64,000 nucleotides of DNA from Eledone cirrhosa (taxonomy: Eukaryota), in contig OZ024745.1 in NCBI GenBank assembly GCA_964016885.1, forward strand, positions 60,140,001 through 60,204,000, written 5' to 3'. A program made the translations under genes and the position numbers. The notes under the pieces were generated by a model. That model saw only the letters and a list, made by a program, of their open reading frames with translations, did no database searches and had not been told where the DNA came from. Every line of letters begins with the position of its first letter. Position 1 is the stretch's first letter. This document shows positions 11,124-26,513 of this stretch, piece after piece.

Positions 11124-13441
11124 GACTCTGAGTGAAAACCTCGACTTGGAGTGAAAACCTCGACTTGGAGTGAGAACCTCGACTTGGAGTGAGAACCTCG
11201 ACTTGGAGTGAAAACCTCGACTTGGAGTGAGAACCTCGACTTGGAGTGAAAACCTCGACTTGGAGTGAAAACCTCGACTTGGAGTGAGAACCTCGACTTG
11301 GAGTGAAAATCTCGACTTGGAGTGAGAACCTCGACTTGGAGTGAAAACCTCGACTTGGAGTGAAAACCTCGACTTGGAGTGAGAACCTCGATTTGGAGTG
11401 AGAACCTCGATTTGGAGTGAAAACCTCGACTTGGAGTGAGAACCTCGACTTGGAGTGAGAACCTCGACTTGGAGTGAGAACCTCGACTTGGAGTGAAAAC
11501 CTCGACTTGGATTGAGAACCTCGACTTGGAGTAAAAACCTCGACTTGGAGTGAGAACCTCGACTTGGAGTGAGAACCTCGACTTGGAGTGAGAACCTCGA
11601 CTTGAAGTGAGAACCTCGACTTGGAGTGAGAACCTCGACTTGGAGTGAAAACCTCGACTTGGAGTGAAAACTTCGACTTGGAGTGAGAACCTCGACTTGG
11701 AGTGAGAACCTCGACTTGGAGTGAGAACCTCGACTTGGAGTGAGAACCTCGACTTGGAGTGATAACCTCGACTTGGAGTGAGAACCTCGACTTGGAGTGA
11801 GAACCTCGACTTGGAGTGAAAACCTCGACTTGGAGTGAGAACCTCGACTTGGAGTGAAAACCTCGACTTGGAGTGAGAACCTCGACTTGGAGTGAAAACC
11901 TCGACTTGGAGTGAGAACCTCGACTTGGAGTGAAAACCTCGACTTGGAGTGAGAACCTCGACTTGGAGTGAGAACCTCGACTTTGAGTGAAAACCTCGAC
12001 TTGGAGAGAGAACCTCGACTTGGAGTGAAAACCTCGACTTTGAGTGAAAACCTCGACTTGGAGTGAGAACCTCGACTTTGAGTGAGAACCTCGACTTGGA
12101 GTGAGAACCTCGACTTGGAGTGAGAACCTCGACTTGGAGTGAGAACCTCGACTTGGAGTGAGAACCTCGACTTGGAGTGAGAACCTCGACTTGGAGTGAG
12201 AACCTCGACTTGGAGTGAAAACCTCGACTTGGAGTGAGAACCTCGACTTGGAGTGAAAACCTCGACTTGGAGTGAGAACCTCGACTTGGAGTGAAAACCT
12301 CGACTTGGAGTGAGAACCTCGACTTGGAGTGAAAACCTCGACTTGGAGTGAGAACCTCGACTTGGAGTGAAAACCTCGACTTGGAGTGAGAACCTCGACT
12401 TGGAGTGAAAACCTCGACTTGGAGTGAGAACCTCGACTTGGAGTGAGAACCTCGACTTTGAGTGAAAACCTCGACTTGGAGAGAGAACCTCGACTTGGAG
12501 AGAGAACCTCGACTTGGAGTGAAAACCTCGACTTTGAGTGAAAACCTCGACTTGGAGTGAAAACCTCGACTTGGAGTGAGAACCTCGACTTGGAGTGGAA
12601 ACCTCGACTTGGAGTGGAAACCTCGACTTGGAGTGAAAACCTCGACTTGGAGTGAGAACCTCGACTTGGAGTGAGAACCTCGACTTGGAGTGAGAACCTC
12701 GACTTGGAGTGAGAACCTCGACTTGGAGTGAAAACCTCGACTTGGAGTGAAAACCTCGACTTGGAGTGAAAACCTCGACTTGGAGTGAGAACCTCGACTT
12801 GGAGTGAGAACCTCGACTTGGAGTGACAACCTCGACTTGGAGTGGAAACCTCGACTTGGAGTGAAAACCTCGACTTGGAGTGAATACCTCGACTTGGAAT
12901 GAGAACCTCGACTTGGAGTGAGAACCTCGACTTGGAGTGAAAACCTCGACTTGGAGTGAGAACCTTGACTTGGAGTGAGAACCTCGACTTGGAGTGAAAA
13001 CCTCGACTTGGAGTGAGAACCTCGACTTGGAGTGAGAACCTCGACTTGGAGTGAGAACCTCGACGTGGAGTGAGAACCTCGACTTGGAGTGAGAACCTCG
13101 ACTTGGAGTGAAAACCTCGACTTGGAGTGAGAACCTCGACTTGGAGTGAAAACCTCGACTTGGTGTGAGAACCTCGACTTGGAGTGAGAACCTCGACTTG
13201 GAGTGAAAACCTCGACTTGGAGTGAAAACCTCGACTTGGAGTGAAAACCTCGACTTGGAGTGAAAACCTCGACTTGGAGTGAGAACCTCGACTTGGAGTG
13301 AAAACCTCGACTTGGAGTGAGAACCTCTATTTGGAGTGAAAACCTCGACTTGGAGTGTAAACTGCGACTTGGAGTGAGAACCTCGACTTGGAGTGAAAAC
13401 CTCGACTTGGAGTGTAAACTGCGACTTGGAGTGTAAACTGC

Positions 13442-13840
13442 GACTTGGAGTGTAATGTACAACTTGGAGCATAATGTACAACTTGGAGCATAATGTACGA
13501 CTTGGAGCATAATGTACGACTTAGAGTGTAATGTAGGACTTAGAGTGTAATGTAGGACTTAGAGTGTAATGTAGGACTTAGAGTGTAATGTAGGACTTAG
13601 AGTGTAATGTAGGACTAGGAGCATAATGTAGGACTAGGAGCATAATGTACGACTTGGAGTGTAATGTAGGACTTGGAGTGTAATGTAGGACTTGGAGTGT
13701 AAACTGCGAGTTGAAATATAAATTGCGACTTGGATTGTAAACCTTGACTTGCAGTGTATTGAACAACTTGGGGTGTATACTGCGGCTTGGAGTGTAAACT
13801 GCGGCTCCGAATATAAACTACGACTTGCAGTGTCATATAT
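13442..13840. repeat. Diverged-monomer cassette 6
   Basis: Same 21-monomer order; marker ORF at 13578..13766. Confidence 0.95.
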
Positions 13841-16800
13841 GACTCTGAGTGAAAACCTCGACTTGGAGTGAAAACCTCGACTTGGAGTGAGAACCTCGAC
13901 TTGGAGTGAGAACCTCGACTTGGAGTGAAAACCTCGACTTGGAGTGAGAACCTCGACTTGGAGTGAAAACCTCGACTTGGAGTGAAAACCTCGACTTGGA
14001 GTGAGAACCTCGACTTGGAGTGAAAATCTCGACTTGGAGTGAGAACCTCGACTTGGAGTGAAAACCTCGACTTGGAGTGAAAACCTCGACTTGGAGTGAG
14101 AACGTCGACTTGGAGTGAGAACCTCGATTTGGAGTGAAAACCTCGACTTGGAGTGAGAACCTCGACTTGGAGTGAAAACCTCGACTTGGAGTGAGAACCT
14201 CGACTTGGAGTGAAAACCTCGACTTGGAGTGAAAACCTCGACTTGGAGTGAGAACCTCGACTTGGAGTGAAAACCTCGACTTGGAGTGAGAACCTCGACT
14301 TGGAGTGAAAACCTCGACTTGGAGTGAAAACCTCGACTTTGAGTGAGAACCTCGACTTGGAGTGAGAACCTCGACTTGGAGTGAGAACCTCGACTTGGAG
14401 TGAGAACCTCGACTTGGAGTGAGAACCTCGACTTGGAGTGAGAACCTCGACTTGGAGTGAGAACCTCGACTTGGAGTGAGAACCTCGACTTGGAGTGAAA
14501 ACCTCGACTTGGAGTGAGAACCTCGACTTGGAGTGAGAACCTCGACTTGGAGTGAGAACCTCGACTTGGAGTGAAAACTTCGACTTGGAGTGAGAACCTC
14601 GACTTGGAGTGAGAACCTCGACTTGGAGTGAGAACCTCGACTTGGAGTGGAAACCTCGACTTGGAGTGAGAACCTCGACTTGGAGTGAGAACCTCGACTT
14701 GGAGTGAGAACCTCGACTTGGAGTGAGAACCTCGACTTGGAGTGAAAACCTCGACTTGGAGTGAGAACCTCGACTTGGAGTGAAAACCTCGACTTGGAGT
14801 GAGAACCTCGACTTGGAGTGAAAACCTCGACTTGGAGTGAGAACCTCGACTTGGAGTGAGAACCTCGACTTGGAGTGAGAACCTCGACTTGGAGTGAGAA
14901 CCTCGACTTTGAGTGAAAACCTCGACTTGGAGAGAGAACCTCCACTTGGAGTGAGAACCTCGACTTTGAATGAAAACCTCGACTTGGAGTGAGAACCTCG
15001 ACTTTGAGTGAAAACCTCGACTTGGAGTGAGAACCTCGACTTGGAGTGAGAACCTCGACTTGGAGTGAGAACCTCGACTTGGAGTGGAAACCTCGACTTG
15101 GAGTGAGAACCTCGACTTGGAGTGAAAACCTCGACTTGGAGTGAGAACCTCGACTTGGAGTGAAAACCTCGACTTGGAGTGAAAACCTCGACTTGGAGTG
15201 AAAACCTCGACTTGGAGTGAGAACCTCGACTTGGAGTGAAAACCTCGACTTGGAGTGAGAACCTCGACTTGGAGTGAAAACCTCGACTTGGAGTGAGAAC
15301 CTCGACTTGGAGAGAAAACCTCGACTTGGAGTGAGAACCTCGACTTGGAGTGAGAACCTCGACTTTGAGTGAAAACCTCGACTTGGAGAGAGAACCTCGA
15401 CTTGGAGTGAGAACCTCGACTTTGAGTGAAAACCTCGACTTGGAGTGAGAACCTCGACTTTGAGTGAAAACCTCGACTTGGAGTGAGAACCTCGACTTGG
15501 AGTGAAAACCTCGACTTGGAGTGAAAACCTCGACTTGGAGTGAGAACCTCGACTTGGAGTGGAAACCTCGACTTGGAGTGAGAACCTCGACTTGGAGTGA
15601 AAACCTCGACTTGGAGTGAGAACCTCGACTTGGAGTGAGAACCTCGACTTGGAGTGAGAACCTCGACTTGGAGTGAGAACCTCGACTTGGAGTGAGAACC
15701 TCGACTTGGAGTGATAACCTCGACTTGGAGTGAGAACCTCGACTTGGAGTGAGAACCACGACTTGGAGTGAAAACCTCGACTTGGAGTGAAAACCTCGAC
15801 TTGGAGTGAAAACCTCGACTTGGAGTGAAAACCTCGACTTGGAGTGAGAACCTCGACTTGGAGTGACAACCTCGACTTGGAGTGAAAACCTCGACTTGGA
15901 GTGAAAACCTCGACTTGGAGTGAAAACCTCGACTTGGAGTGAGAACCTCGACTTGGAGTGAGAACCTCGACTTGGAGTGAAAACCTCGACTTGGAGTGAG
16001 AACCTCGACTTGGAGTGAGAACCTCGACTTGGAGTGAAAACCTCGACTTGGAGTGAGAACCTCGACTTGGAGTGAGAACCTCGACTTGGAGTGAGAACCT
16101 CGACGTGGAGTGAGAACCTCGACTTGGAGTGAGAACCTCGACTTGGAGTGAAAACCTCGACTTGGAGTGAGAACCTCGACTTGGAGTGAAAACCTCGACT
16201 TGGAGTGAGAACCTCGACTTGGAGTGAGAACCTCGACTTGGAGTGAAAACCTCGACTTGGAGTGAAAACCTCGACTTGGAGTGAAAACCTCGACTTGGAG
16301 TGAAAACCTCGACTAGGAGTGAGAACCTCGACTTGGAGTGAGAACCTCGACTTGGAGTGAGAACCTCGACTTGGAGTGAGAACCTCGACTTGGAGTGAGA
16401 ACCTCGACTTGGAGTGTGAACCTCGACTTGCAGTGAAAACCTCGACTTGGAGTGAGAACCTCGACTTGCAGTGAAAACCTCGACTTGGAGTGAGAACCTC
16501 GACTTGCAGTGAAAACCTCGACTTGGAGTGAGAACCTCGACTTGGAGTGAAAACCTCGACTTGCAGTGAAAACCTCGACTTGGAGTGAGAACCTCGACTT
16601 GGAGTGAAAACCTCGACTTGGAGTGAAAACCTCGACTTGGAATGAAGACCTCGACTTGGAGTGAGAACCTCGACTTGGAGTGAGAACCTCGACTTGGAGT
16701 GAGAACCTCGACTTGGAGTGAGAACCTCGACTTGGAGTGAGAACCTCGACTTGGAGTGTAAACTGCGACTCTGAGTGAAAACCTCGACGTGGAGTGAGAA

Positions 16801-17526
16801 CCTCGACTTGGAGTGAAAACCTCGACTTGGAGTGAGAACCTCGACTTGGAGTGAGAACCTCGACTTGGAGTGAAAACCTCGACTTGGAGTGAAAACCTCG
16901 ACTTGGAGTGAAAACCTCGACTTGGAGTGAGAACCTCGACTTGGAGTGAAAACCTCGACTTGGAGTGAAAACCTCGACTTGGAGTGAGAACCTCGACTTG
17001 GAGTGAGAACCTCGACTTGGAGTGAGAACCTCGACTTGGAGTGTAAACTGCGACTCTGAGTGAAAACCTCGACTTGGAGTGAGAACCTCGACTTGGAGTG
17101 AAAACCTCGACTTGGAGTGAGAACCTCGACTTGGAGTCAGAACCTCGACTTGGAGTCAGAACCTCGACTTGGAGTCAGAACCTCGACTTGGAGTCAGAAC
17201 CTCGACTTGGAGTCAGAACCTCGACTTGGAGTGAAAACCTCGACTTGGAGTGAAAACCTCGACTTGGAGTGAGAACCTCGACTTGGAGTCAGAACCTCGA
17301 CTTGGAGTGAAAACTTCGACTTGGAGTGAAAACCTCGACTTGGAGTGAGAACCTCGACTTGGAGTGAGAACCTCGACTTGGAGTGAAAACCTCGACTTGG
17401 AGTGAGAACCTCTACTTGGAGTGAAAACCTCGACTTGGAGTGTAAACTGCGACTTGGAGTGAGAACCTCGACTTGGAGTGAAAACCTCGACTTGGAGTGT
17501 AAACTGCGACTTGGAGTGTAAACTGC

Positions 17527-17925
17527 GACTTGGAGTGTAATGTACAACTTGGAGCATAATGTACAACTTGGAGCATAATGTACGACTTGGAGCATAATGT
17601 ACGACTTAGAGTGTAATGTAGGACTTAGAGTGTAATGTAGGACTTAGAGTGTAATGTAGGACTTAGAGTGTAATGTAGGACTTAGAGTGTAATGTAGGAC
17701 TAGGAGCATAATGTAGGACTAGGAGCATAATGTACGACTTGGAGTGTAATGTAGGACTTGGAGTGTAATGTAGGACTTGGAGTGTAAACTGCGAGTTGAA
17801 ATATAAATTGCGACTTGGATTGTAAACCTTGACTTGCAGTGTATTGAACAACTTGGGGTGTATACTGCGGCTTGGAGTGTAAACTGCGGCTCCGAATATA
17901 AACTACGACTTGCAGTGTCATATAT
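17527..17925. repeat. Diverged-monomer cassette 7
   Basis: Same 21-monomer order; marker ORF at 17663..17851. Confidence 0.95.
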
Positions 17926-19293
17926 GACTCTGAGTGAAAACCTCGACTTGGAGTGAAAACCTCGACTTGGAGTGAGAACCTCGACTTGGAGTGAGAACCT
18001 CGACTTGGAGTGAAAACCTCGACTTGGAGTGAGAACCTCGACTTGGAGTGAAAACCTCGACTTGGAGTGAAAACCTCGACTTGGAGTGAGAACCTCGACT
18101 TGGAGTGAAAATCTCGACTTGGAGTGAGAACCTCGACTTGGAGTGAAAACCTCGACTTGGAGTGAAAACCTCGACTTGGAGTGAGAACCTCGACTTGGAG
18201 TGAGAACCTCGATTTGGAGTGAAAACCTCGACTTGGAGTGAGAACCTCGACTTGCAGTGAAAACCTCGACTTGGAGTGAGAACCTCGACTTGCAGTGAAA
18301 ACCTCGACTTGGAGTGAGAACCTCGACTTGGAGTGAAAACCTCGACTTGCAGTGAAAACCTCGACTTGGAGTGAGAACCTCGACTTGGAGTGAAAACCTC
18401 GACTTGGAGTGAAAACCTCGACTTGGAATGAAGACCTCGACTTGGAGTGAGAACCTCGACTTGGAGTGAGAACCTCGACTTGGAGTGAGAACCTCGACTT
18501 GGAGTGAGAACCTCGACTTGGAGTGTAAACTGCGACTCTGAGTGAAAACCTCGACGTGGAGTGAGAACCTCGACTTGGAGTGAAAACCTCGACTTGGAGT
18601 GAGAACCTCGACTTGGAGTGAGAACCTCGACTTGGAGTGAAAACCTCGACTTGGAGTGAAAACCTCGACTTGGAGTGAAAACCTCGACTTGGAGTGAGAA
18701 CCTCGACTTGGAGTGAAAACCTCGACTTGGAGTGAAAACCTCGACTTGGAGTGAGAACCTCGACTTGGAGTGAGAACCTCGACTTGGAGTGAGAACCTCG
18801 ACTTGGAGTGTAAACTGCGACTCTGAGTGAAAACCTCGACTTGGAGTGAGAACCTCGACTTGGAGTGAAAACCTCGACTTGGAGTGAGAACCTCGACTTG
18901 GAGTCAGAACCTCGACTTGGAGTCAGAACCTCGACTTGGAGTCAGAACCTCGACTTGGAGTCAGAACCTCGACTTGGAGTCAGAACCTCGACTTGGAGTG
19001 AAAACCTCGACTTGGAGTGAAAACCTCGACTTGGAGTGAGAACCTCGACTTGGAGTCAGAACCTCGACTTGGAGTGAAAACCTCGACTTGGAGTGAAAAC
19101 CTCGACTTGGAGTGAGAACCTCGACTTGGAGTGAGAACCTCGACTTGGAGTGAAAACCTCGACTTGGAGTGAGAACCTCTACTTGGAGTGAAAACCTCGA
19201 CTTGGAGTGTAAACTGCGACTTGGAGTGAGAACCTCGACTTGGAGTGAAAACCTCGACTTGGAGTGTAAACTGCGACTTGGAGTGTAAACTGC

Positions 19294-19692
19294 GACTTGG
19301 AGTGTAATGTACAACTTGGAGCATAATGTACAACTTGGAGCATAATGTACGACTTGGAGCATAATGTACGACTTAGAGTGTAATGTAGGACTTAGAGTGT
19401 AATGTAGGACTTAGAGTGTAATGTAGGACTTAGAGTGTAATGTAGGACTTAGAGTGTAATGTAGGACTAGGAGCATAATGTAGGACTAGGAGCATAATGT
19501 ACGACTTGGAGTGTAATGTAGGACTTGGAGTGTAATGTAGGACTTGGAGTGTAAACTGCGAGTTGAAATATAAATTGCGACTTGGATTGTAAACCTTGAC
19601 TTGCAGTGTATTGAACAACTTGGGGTGTATACTGCGGCTTGGAGTGTAAACTGCGGCTCCGAATATAAACTACGACTTGCAGTGTCATATAT
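19294..19692. repeat. Diverged-monomer cassette 8
   Basis: Same 21-monomer order; marker ORF at 19430..19618. Confidence 0.95.
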
Positions 19693-22029
19693 GACTCTGA
19701 GTGAAAACCTCGACTTGGAGTGAAAACCTCGACTTGGAGTGAGAACCTCGACTTGGAGTGAGAACCTCGACTTGGAGTGAAAACCTCGACTTGGAGTGAG
19801 AACCTCGACTTGGAGTGAAAACCTCGACTTGGAGTGAAAACCTCGACTTGGAGTGAGAACCTCGACTTGGAGTGAAAATCTCGACTTGGAGTGAGAACCT
19901 CGACTTGGAGTGAAAACCTCGACTTGGAGTGAAAACCTCGACTTGGAGTGAGAACCTCGATTTGGAGTGAGAACCTCGATTTGGAGTGAAAACCTCGACT
20001 TGGAGTGAGAACCTCGACTTGGAGTGAGAACCTCGACTTGGAGTGAGAACCTCGACTTGGAGTGAAAACCTCGACTTGGATTGAGAACCTCGACTTGGAG
20101 TAAAAACCTCGACTTGGAGTGAGAACCTCGACTTGGAGTGAGAACCTCGACTTGGAGTGAGAACCTCGACTTGAAGTGAGAACCTCGACTTGGAGTGAGA
20201 ACCTCGACTTGGAGTGAAAACCTCGACTTGGAGTGAAAACTTCGACTTGGAGTGAGAACCTCGACTTGGAGTGAGAACCTCGACTTGGAGTGAGAACCTC
20301 GACTTGGAGTGAGAACCTCGACTTGGAGTGATAACCTCGACTTGGAGTGAGAACCTCGACTTGGAGTGAGAACCTCGACTTGGAGTGAAAACCTCGACTT
20401 GGAGTGAGAACCTCGACTTGGAGTGAAAACCTCGACTTGGAGTGAGAACCTCGACTTGGAGTGAAAACCTCGACTTGGAGTGAGAACCTCGACTTGGAGT
20501 GAAAACCTCGACTTGGAGTGAGAACCTCGACTTGGAGTGAGAACCTCGACTTTGAGTGAAAACCTCGACTTGGAGAGAGAACCTCGACTTGGAGTGAAAA
20601 CCTCGACTTTGAGTGAAAACCTCGACTTGGAGTGAGAACCTCGACTTTGAGTGAGAACCTCGACTTGGAGTGAGAACCTCGACTTGGAGTGAGAACCTCG
20701 ACTTGGAGTGAGAACCTCGACTTGGAGTGAGAACCTCGACTTGGAGTGAGAACCTCGACTTGGAGTGAGAACCTCGACTTGGAGTGAGAACCTCGACTTG
20801 GAGTGAAAACCTCGACTTGGAGTGAGAACCTCGACTTGGAGTGAAAACCTCGACTTGGAGTGAGAACCTCGACTTGGAGTGAAAACCTCGACTTGGAGTG
20901 AGAACCTCGACTTGGAGTGAAAACCTCGACTTGGAGTGAGAACCTCGACTTGGAGTGAAAACCTCGACTTGGAGTGAGAACCTCGACTTGGAGTGAAAAC
21001 CTTGACTTGGAGTGAGAACCTCGACTTGGAGTGAGAACCTCGACTTTGAGTGAAAACCTCGACTTGGAGAGAGAACCTCGACTTGGAGAGAGAACCTCGA
21101 CTTGGAGTGAAAACCTCGACTTTGAGTGAAAACCTCGACTTGGAGTGAAAACCTCGACTTGGAGTGAGAACCTCGACTTGGAGTGGAAACCTCGACTTGG
21201 AGTGGAAACCTCGACTTGGAGTGAAAACCTCGACTTGGAGTGAGAACCTCGACTTGGAGTGAGAACCTCGACTTGGAGTGAGAACCTCGACTTGGAGTGA
21301 GAACCTCGACTTGGAGTGAAAACCTCGACTTGGAGTGAAAACCTCGACTTGGAGTGAAAACCTCGACTTGGAGTGAGAACCTCGACTTGGAGTGAGAACC
21401 TCGACTTGGAGTGACAACCTCGACTTGGAGTGGAAACCTCGACTTGGAGTGAAAACCTCGACTTGGAGTGAATACCTCGACTTGGAATGAGAACCTCGAC
21501 TTGGAGTGAGAACCTCGACTTGGAGTGAAAACCTCGACTTGGAGTGAGAACCTTGACTTGGAGTGAGAACCTCGACTTGGAGTGAAAACCTCGACTTGGA
21601 GTGAGAACCTCGACTTGGAGTGAGAACCTCGACTTGGAGTGAGAACCTCGACGTGGAGTGAGAACCTCGACTTGGAGTGAGAACCTCGACTTGGAGTGAA
21701 AACCTCGACTTGGAGTGAGAACCTCGACTTGGAGTGAAAACCTCGACTTGGTGTGAGAACCTCGACTTGGAGTGAGAACCTCGACTTGGAGTGAAAACCT
21801 CGACTTGGAGTGAAAACCTCGACTTGGAGTGAAAACCTCGACTTGGAGTGAAAACCTCGACTTGGAGTGAGAACCTCGACTTGGAGTGAAAACCTCGACT
21901 TGGAGTGAGAACCTCTACTTGGAGTGAAAACCTCGACTTGGAGTGTAAACTGCGACTTGGAGTGAGAACCTCGACTTGGAGTGAAAACCTCGACTTGGAG
22001 TGTAAACTGCGACTTGGAGTGTAAACTGC

Positions 22030-22409
22030 GACTTGGAGTGTAATGTACAACTTGGAGCATAATGTACAACTTGGAGCATAATGTACGACTTGGAGCATAA
22101 TGTACGACTTAGAGTGTAATGTAGGACTTAGAGTGTAATGTAGGACTTAGAGTGTAATGTAGGACTTAGAGTGTAATGTAGGACTAGGAGCATAATGTAG
22201 GACTAGGAGCATAATGTACGACTTGGAGTGTAATGTAGGACTTGGAGTGTAATGTAGGACTTGGAGTGTAAACTGCGAGTTGAAATATAAATTGCGACTT
22301 GGATTGTAAACCTTGACTTGCAGTGTATTGAACAACTTGGGGTGTATACTGCGGCTTGGAGTGTAAACTGCGGCTCCGAATATAAACTACGACTTGCAGT
22401 GTCATATAT
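22030..22409. repeat. Diverged-monomer cassette 9 (20 monomers; four rather than five GACTTAG monomers)
   Basis: Marker ORF at 22147..22335; the MLQ-to-MFNT ORF offset is 237 instead of 256. Confidence 0.93.
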
Positions 22410-23777
22410 GACTCTGAGTGAAAACCTCGACTTGGAGTGAAAACCTCGACTTGGAGTGAGAACCTCGACTTGGAGTGAGAACCTCGACTTGGAGTGAAAA
22501 CCTCGACTTGGAGTGAGAACCTCGACTTGGAGTGAAAACCTCGACTTGGAGTGAAAACCTCGACTTGGAGTGAGAACCTCGACTTGGAGTGAAAATCTCG
22601 ACTTGGAGTGAGAACCTCGACTTGGAGTGAAAACCTCGACTTGGAGTGAAAACCTCGACTTGGAGTGAGAACCTCGACTTGGAGTGAGAACCTCGATTTG
22701 GAGTGAAAACCTCGACTTGGAGTGAGAACCTCGACTTGCAGTGAAAACCTCGACTTGGAGTGAGAACCTCGACTTGCAGTGAAAACCTCGACTTGGAGTG
22801 AGAACCTCGACTTGGAGTGAAAACCTCGACTTGCAGTGAAAACCTCGACTTGGAGTGAGAACCTCGACTTGGAGTGAAAACCTCGACTTGGAGTGAAAAC
22901 CTCGACTTGGAATGAAGACCTCGACTTGGAGTGAGAACCTCGACTTGGAGTGAGAACCTCGACTTGGAGTGAGAACCTCGACTTGGAGTGAGAACCTCGA
23001 CTTGGAGTGTAAACTGCGACTCTGAGTGAAAACCTCGACGTGGAGTGAGAACCTCGACTTGGAGTGAAAACCTCGACTTGGAGTGAGAACCTCGACTTGG
23101 AGTGAGAACCTCGACTTGGAGTGAAAACCTCGACTTGGAGTGAAAACCTCGACTTGGAGTGAAAACCTCGACTTGGAGTGAGAACCTCGACTTGGAGTGA
23201 AAACCTCGACTTGGAGTGAAAACCTCGACTTGGAGTGAGAACCTCGACTTGGAGTGAGAACCTCGACTTGGAGTGAGAACCTCGACTTGGAGTGTAAACT
23301 GCGACTCTGAGTGAAAACCTCGACTTGGAGTGAGAACCTCGACTTGGAGTGAAAACCTCGACTTGGAGTGAGAACCTCGACTTGGAGTCAGAACCTCGAC
23401 TTGGAGTCAGAACCTCGACTTGGAGTCAGAACCTCGACTTGGAGTCAGAACCTCGACTTGGAGTCAGAACCTCGACTTGGAGTGAAAACCTCGACTTGGA
23501 GTGAAAACCTCGACTTGGAGTGAGAACCTCGACTTGGAGTCAGAACCTCGACTTGGAGTGAAAACCTCGACTTGGAGTGAAAACCTCGACTTGGAGTGAG
23601 AACCTCGACTTGGAGTGAGAACCTCGACTTGGAGTGAAAACCTCGACTTGGAGTGAGAACCTCTACTTGGAGTGAAAACCTCGACTTGGAGTGTAAACTG
23701 CGACTTGGAGTGAGAACCTCGACTTGGAGTGAAAACCTCGACTTGGAGTGTAAACTGCGACTTGGAGTGTAAACTGC

Positions 23778-24176
23778 GACTTGGAGTGTAATGTACAACT
23801 TGGAGCATAATGTACAACTTGGAGCATAATGTACGACTTGGAGCATAATGTACGACTTAGAGTGTAATGTAGGACTTAGAGTGTAATGTAGGACTTAGAG
23901 TGTAATGTAGGACTTAGAGTGTAATGTAGGACTTAGAGTGTAATGTAGGACTAGGAGCATAATGTAGGACTAGGAGCATAATGTACGACTTGGAGTGTAA
24001 TGTAGGACTTGGAGTGTAATGTAGGACTTGGAGTGTAAACTGCGAGTTGAAATATAAATTGCGACTTGGATTGTAAACCTTGACTTGCAGTGTATTGAAC
24101 AACTTGGGGTGTATACTGCGGCTTGGAGTGTAAACTGCGGCTCCGAATATAAACTACGACTTGCAGTGTCATATAT
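23778..24176. repeat. Diverged-monomer cassette 10
   Basis: Same 21-monomer order; marker ORF at 23914..24102. Confidence 0.95.
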
Positions 24177-26513
24177 GACTCTGAGTGAAAACCTCGACTT
24201 GGAGTGAAAACCTCGACTTGGAGTGAGAACCTCGACTTGGAGTGAGAACCTCGACTTGGAGTGAAAACCTCGACTTGGAGTGAGAACCTCGACTTGGAGT
24301 GAAAACCTCGACTTGGAGTGAAAACCTCGACTTGGAGTGAGAACCTCGACTTGGAGTGAAAATCTCGACTTGGAGTGAGAACCTCGACTTGGAGTGAAAA
24401 CCTCGACTTGGAGTGAAAACCTCGACTTGGAGTGAGAACCTCGATTTGGAGTGAGAACCTCGATTTGGAGTGAAAACCTCGACTTGGAGTGAGAACCTCG
24501 ACTTGGAGTGAGAACCTCGACTTGGAGTGAGAACCTCGACTTGGAGTGAAAACCTCGACTTGGATTGAGAACCTCGACTTGGAGTAAAAACCTCGACTTG
24601 GAGTGAGAACCTCGACTTGGAGTGAGAACCTCGACTTGGAGTGAGAACCTCGACTTGAAGTGAGAACCTCGACTTGGAGTGAGAACCTCGACTTGGAGTG
24701 AAAACCTCGACTTGGAGTGAAAACTTCGACTTGGAGTGAGAACCTCGACTTGGAGTGAGAACCTCGACTTGGAGTGAGAACCTCGACTTGGAGTGAGAAC
24801 CTCGACTTGGAGTGATAACCTCGACTTGGAGTGAGAACCTCGACTTGGAGTGAGAACCTCGACTTGGAGTGAAAACCTCGACTTGGAGTGAGAACCTCGA
24901 CTTGGAGTGAAAACCTCGACTTGGAGTGAGAACCTCGACTTGGAGTGAAAACCTCGACTTGGAGTGAGAACCTCGACTTGGAGTGAAAACCTCGACTTGG
25001 AGTGAGAACCTCGACTTGGAGTGAGAACCTCGACTTTGAGTGAAAACCTCGACTTGGAGAGAGAACCTCGACTTGGAGTGAAAACCTCGACTTTGAGTGA
25101 AAACCTCGACTTGGAGTGAGAACCTCGACTTTGAGTGAGAACCTCGACTTGGAGTGAGAACCTCGACTTGGAGTGAGAACCTCGACTTGGAGTGAGAACC
25201 TCGACTTGGAGTGAGAACCTCGACTTGGAGTGAGAACCTCGACTTGGAGTGAGAACCTCGACTTGGAGTGAGAACCTCGACTTGGAGTGAAAACCTCGAC
25301 TTGGAGTGAGAACCTCGACTTGGAGTGAAAACCTCGACTTGGAGTGAGAACCTCGACTTGGAGTGAAAACCTCGACTTGGAGTGAGAACCTCGACTTGGA
25401 GTGAAAACCTCGACTTGGAGTGAGAACCTCGACTTGGAGTGAAAACCTCGACTTGGAGTGAGAACCTCGACTTGGAGTGAAAACCTCGACTTGGAGTGAG
25501 AACCTCGACTTGGAGTGAGAACCTCGACTTTGAGTGAAAACCTCGACTTGGAGAGAGAACCTCGACTTGGAGAGAGAACCTCGACTTGGAGTGAAAACCT
25601 CGACTTTGAGTGAAAACCTCGACTTGGAGTGAAAACCTCGACTTGGAGTGAGAACCTCGACTTGGAGTGGAAACCTCGACTTGGAGTGGAAACCTCGACT
25701 TGGAGTGAAAACCTCGACTTGGAGTGAGAACCTCGACTTGGAGTGAGAACCTCGACTTGGAGTGAGAACCTCGACTTGGAGTGAGAACCTCGACTTGGAG
25801 TGAAAACCTCGACTTGGAGTGAAAACCTCGACTTGGAGTGAAAACCTCGACTTGGAGTGAGAACCTCGACTTGGAGTGAGAACCTCGACTTGGAGTGACA
25901 ACCTCGACTTGGAGTGGAAACCTCGACTTGGAGTGAAAACCTCGACTTGGAGTGAATACCTCGACTTGGAATGAGAACCTCGACTTGGAGTGAGAACCTC
26001 GACTTGGAGTGAAAACCTCGACTTGGAGTGAGAACCTTGACTTGGAGTGAGAACCTCGACTTGGAGTGAAAACCTCGACTTGGAGTGAGAACCTCGACTT
26101 GGAGTGAGAACCTCGACTTGGAGTGAGAACCTCGACGTGGAGTGAGAACCTCGACTTGGAGTGAGAACCTCGACTTGGAGTGAAAACCTCGACTTGGAGT
26201 GAGAACCTCGACTTGGAGTGAAAACCTCGACTTGGTGTGAGAACCTCGACTTGGAGTGAGAACCTCGACTTGGAGTGAAAACCTCGACTTGGAGTGAAAA
26301 CCTCGACTTGGAGTGAAAACCTCGACTTGGAGTGAAAACCTCGACTTGGAGTGAGAACCTCGACTTGGAGTGAAAACCTCGACTTGGAGTGAGAACCTCT
26401 ACTTGGAGTGAAAACCTCGACTTGGAGTGTAAACTGCGACTTGGAGTGAGAACCTCGACTTGGAGTGAAAACCTCGACTTGGAGTGTAAACTGCGACTTG
26501 GAGTGTAAACTGC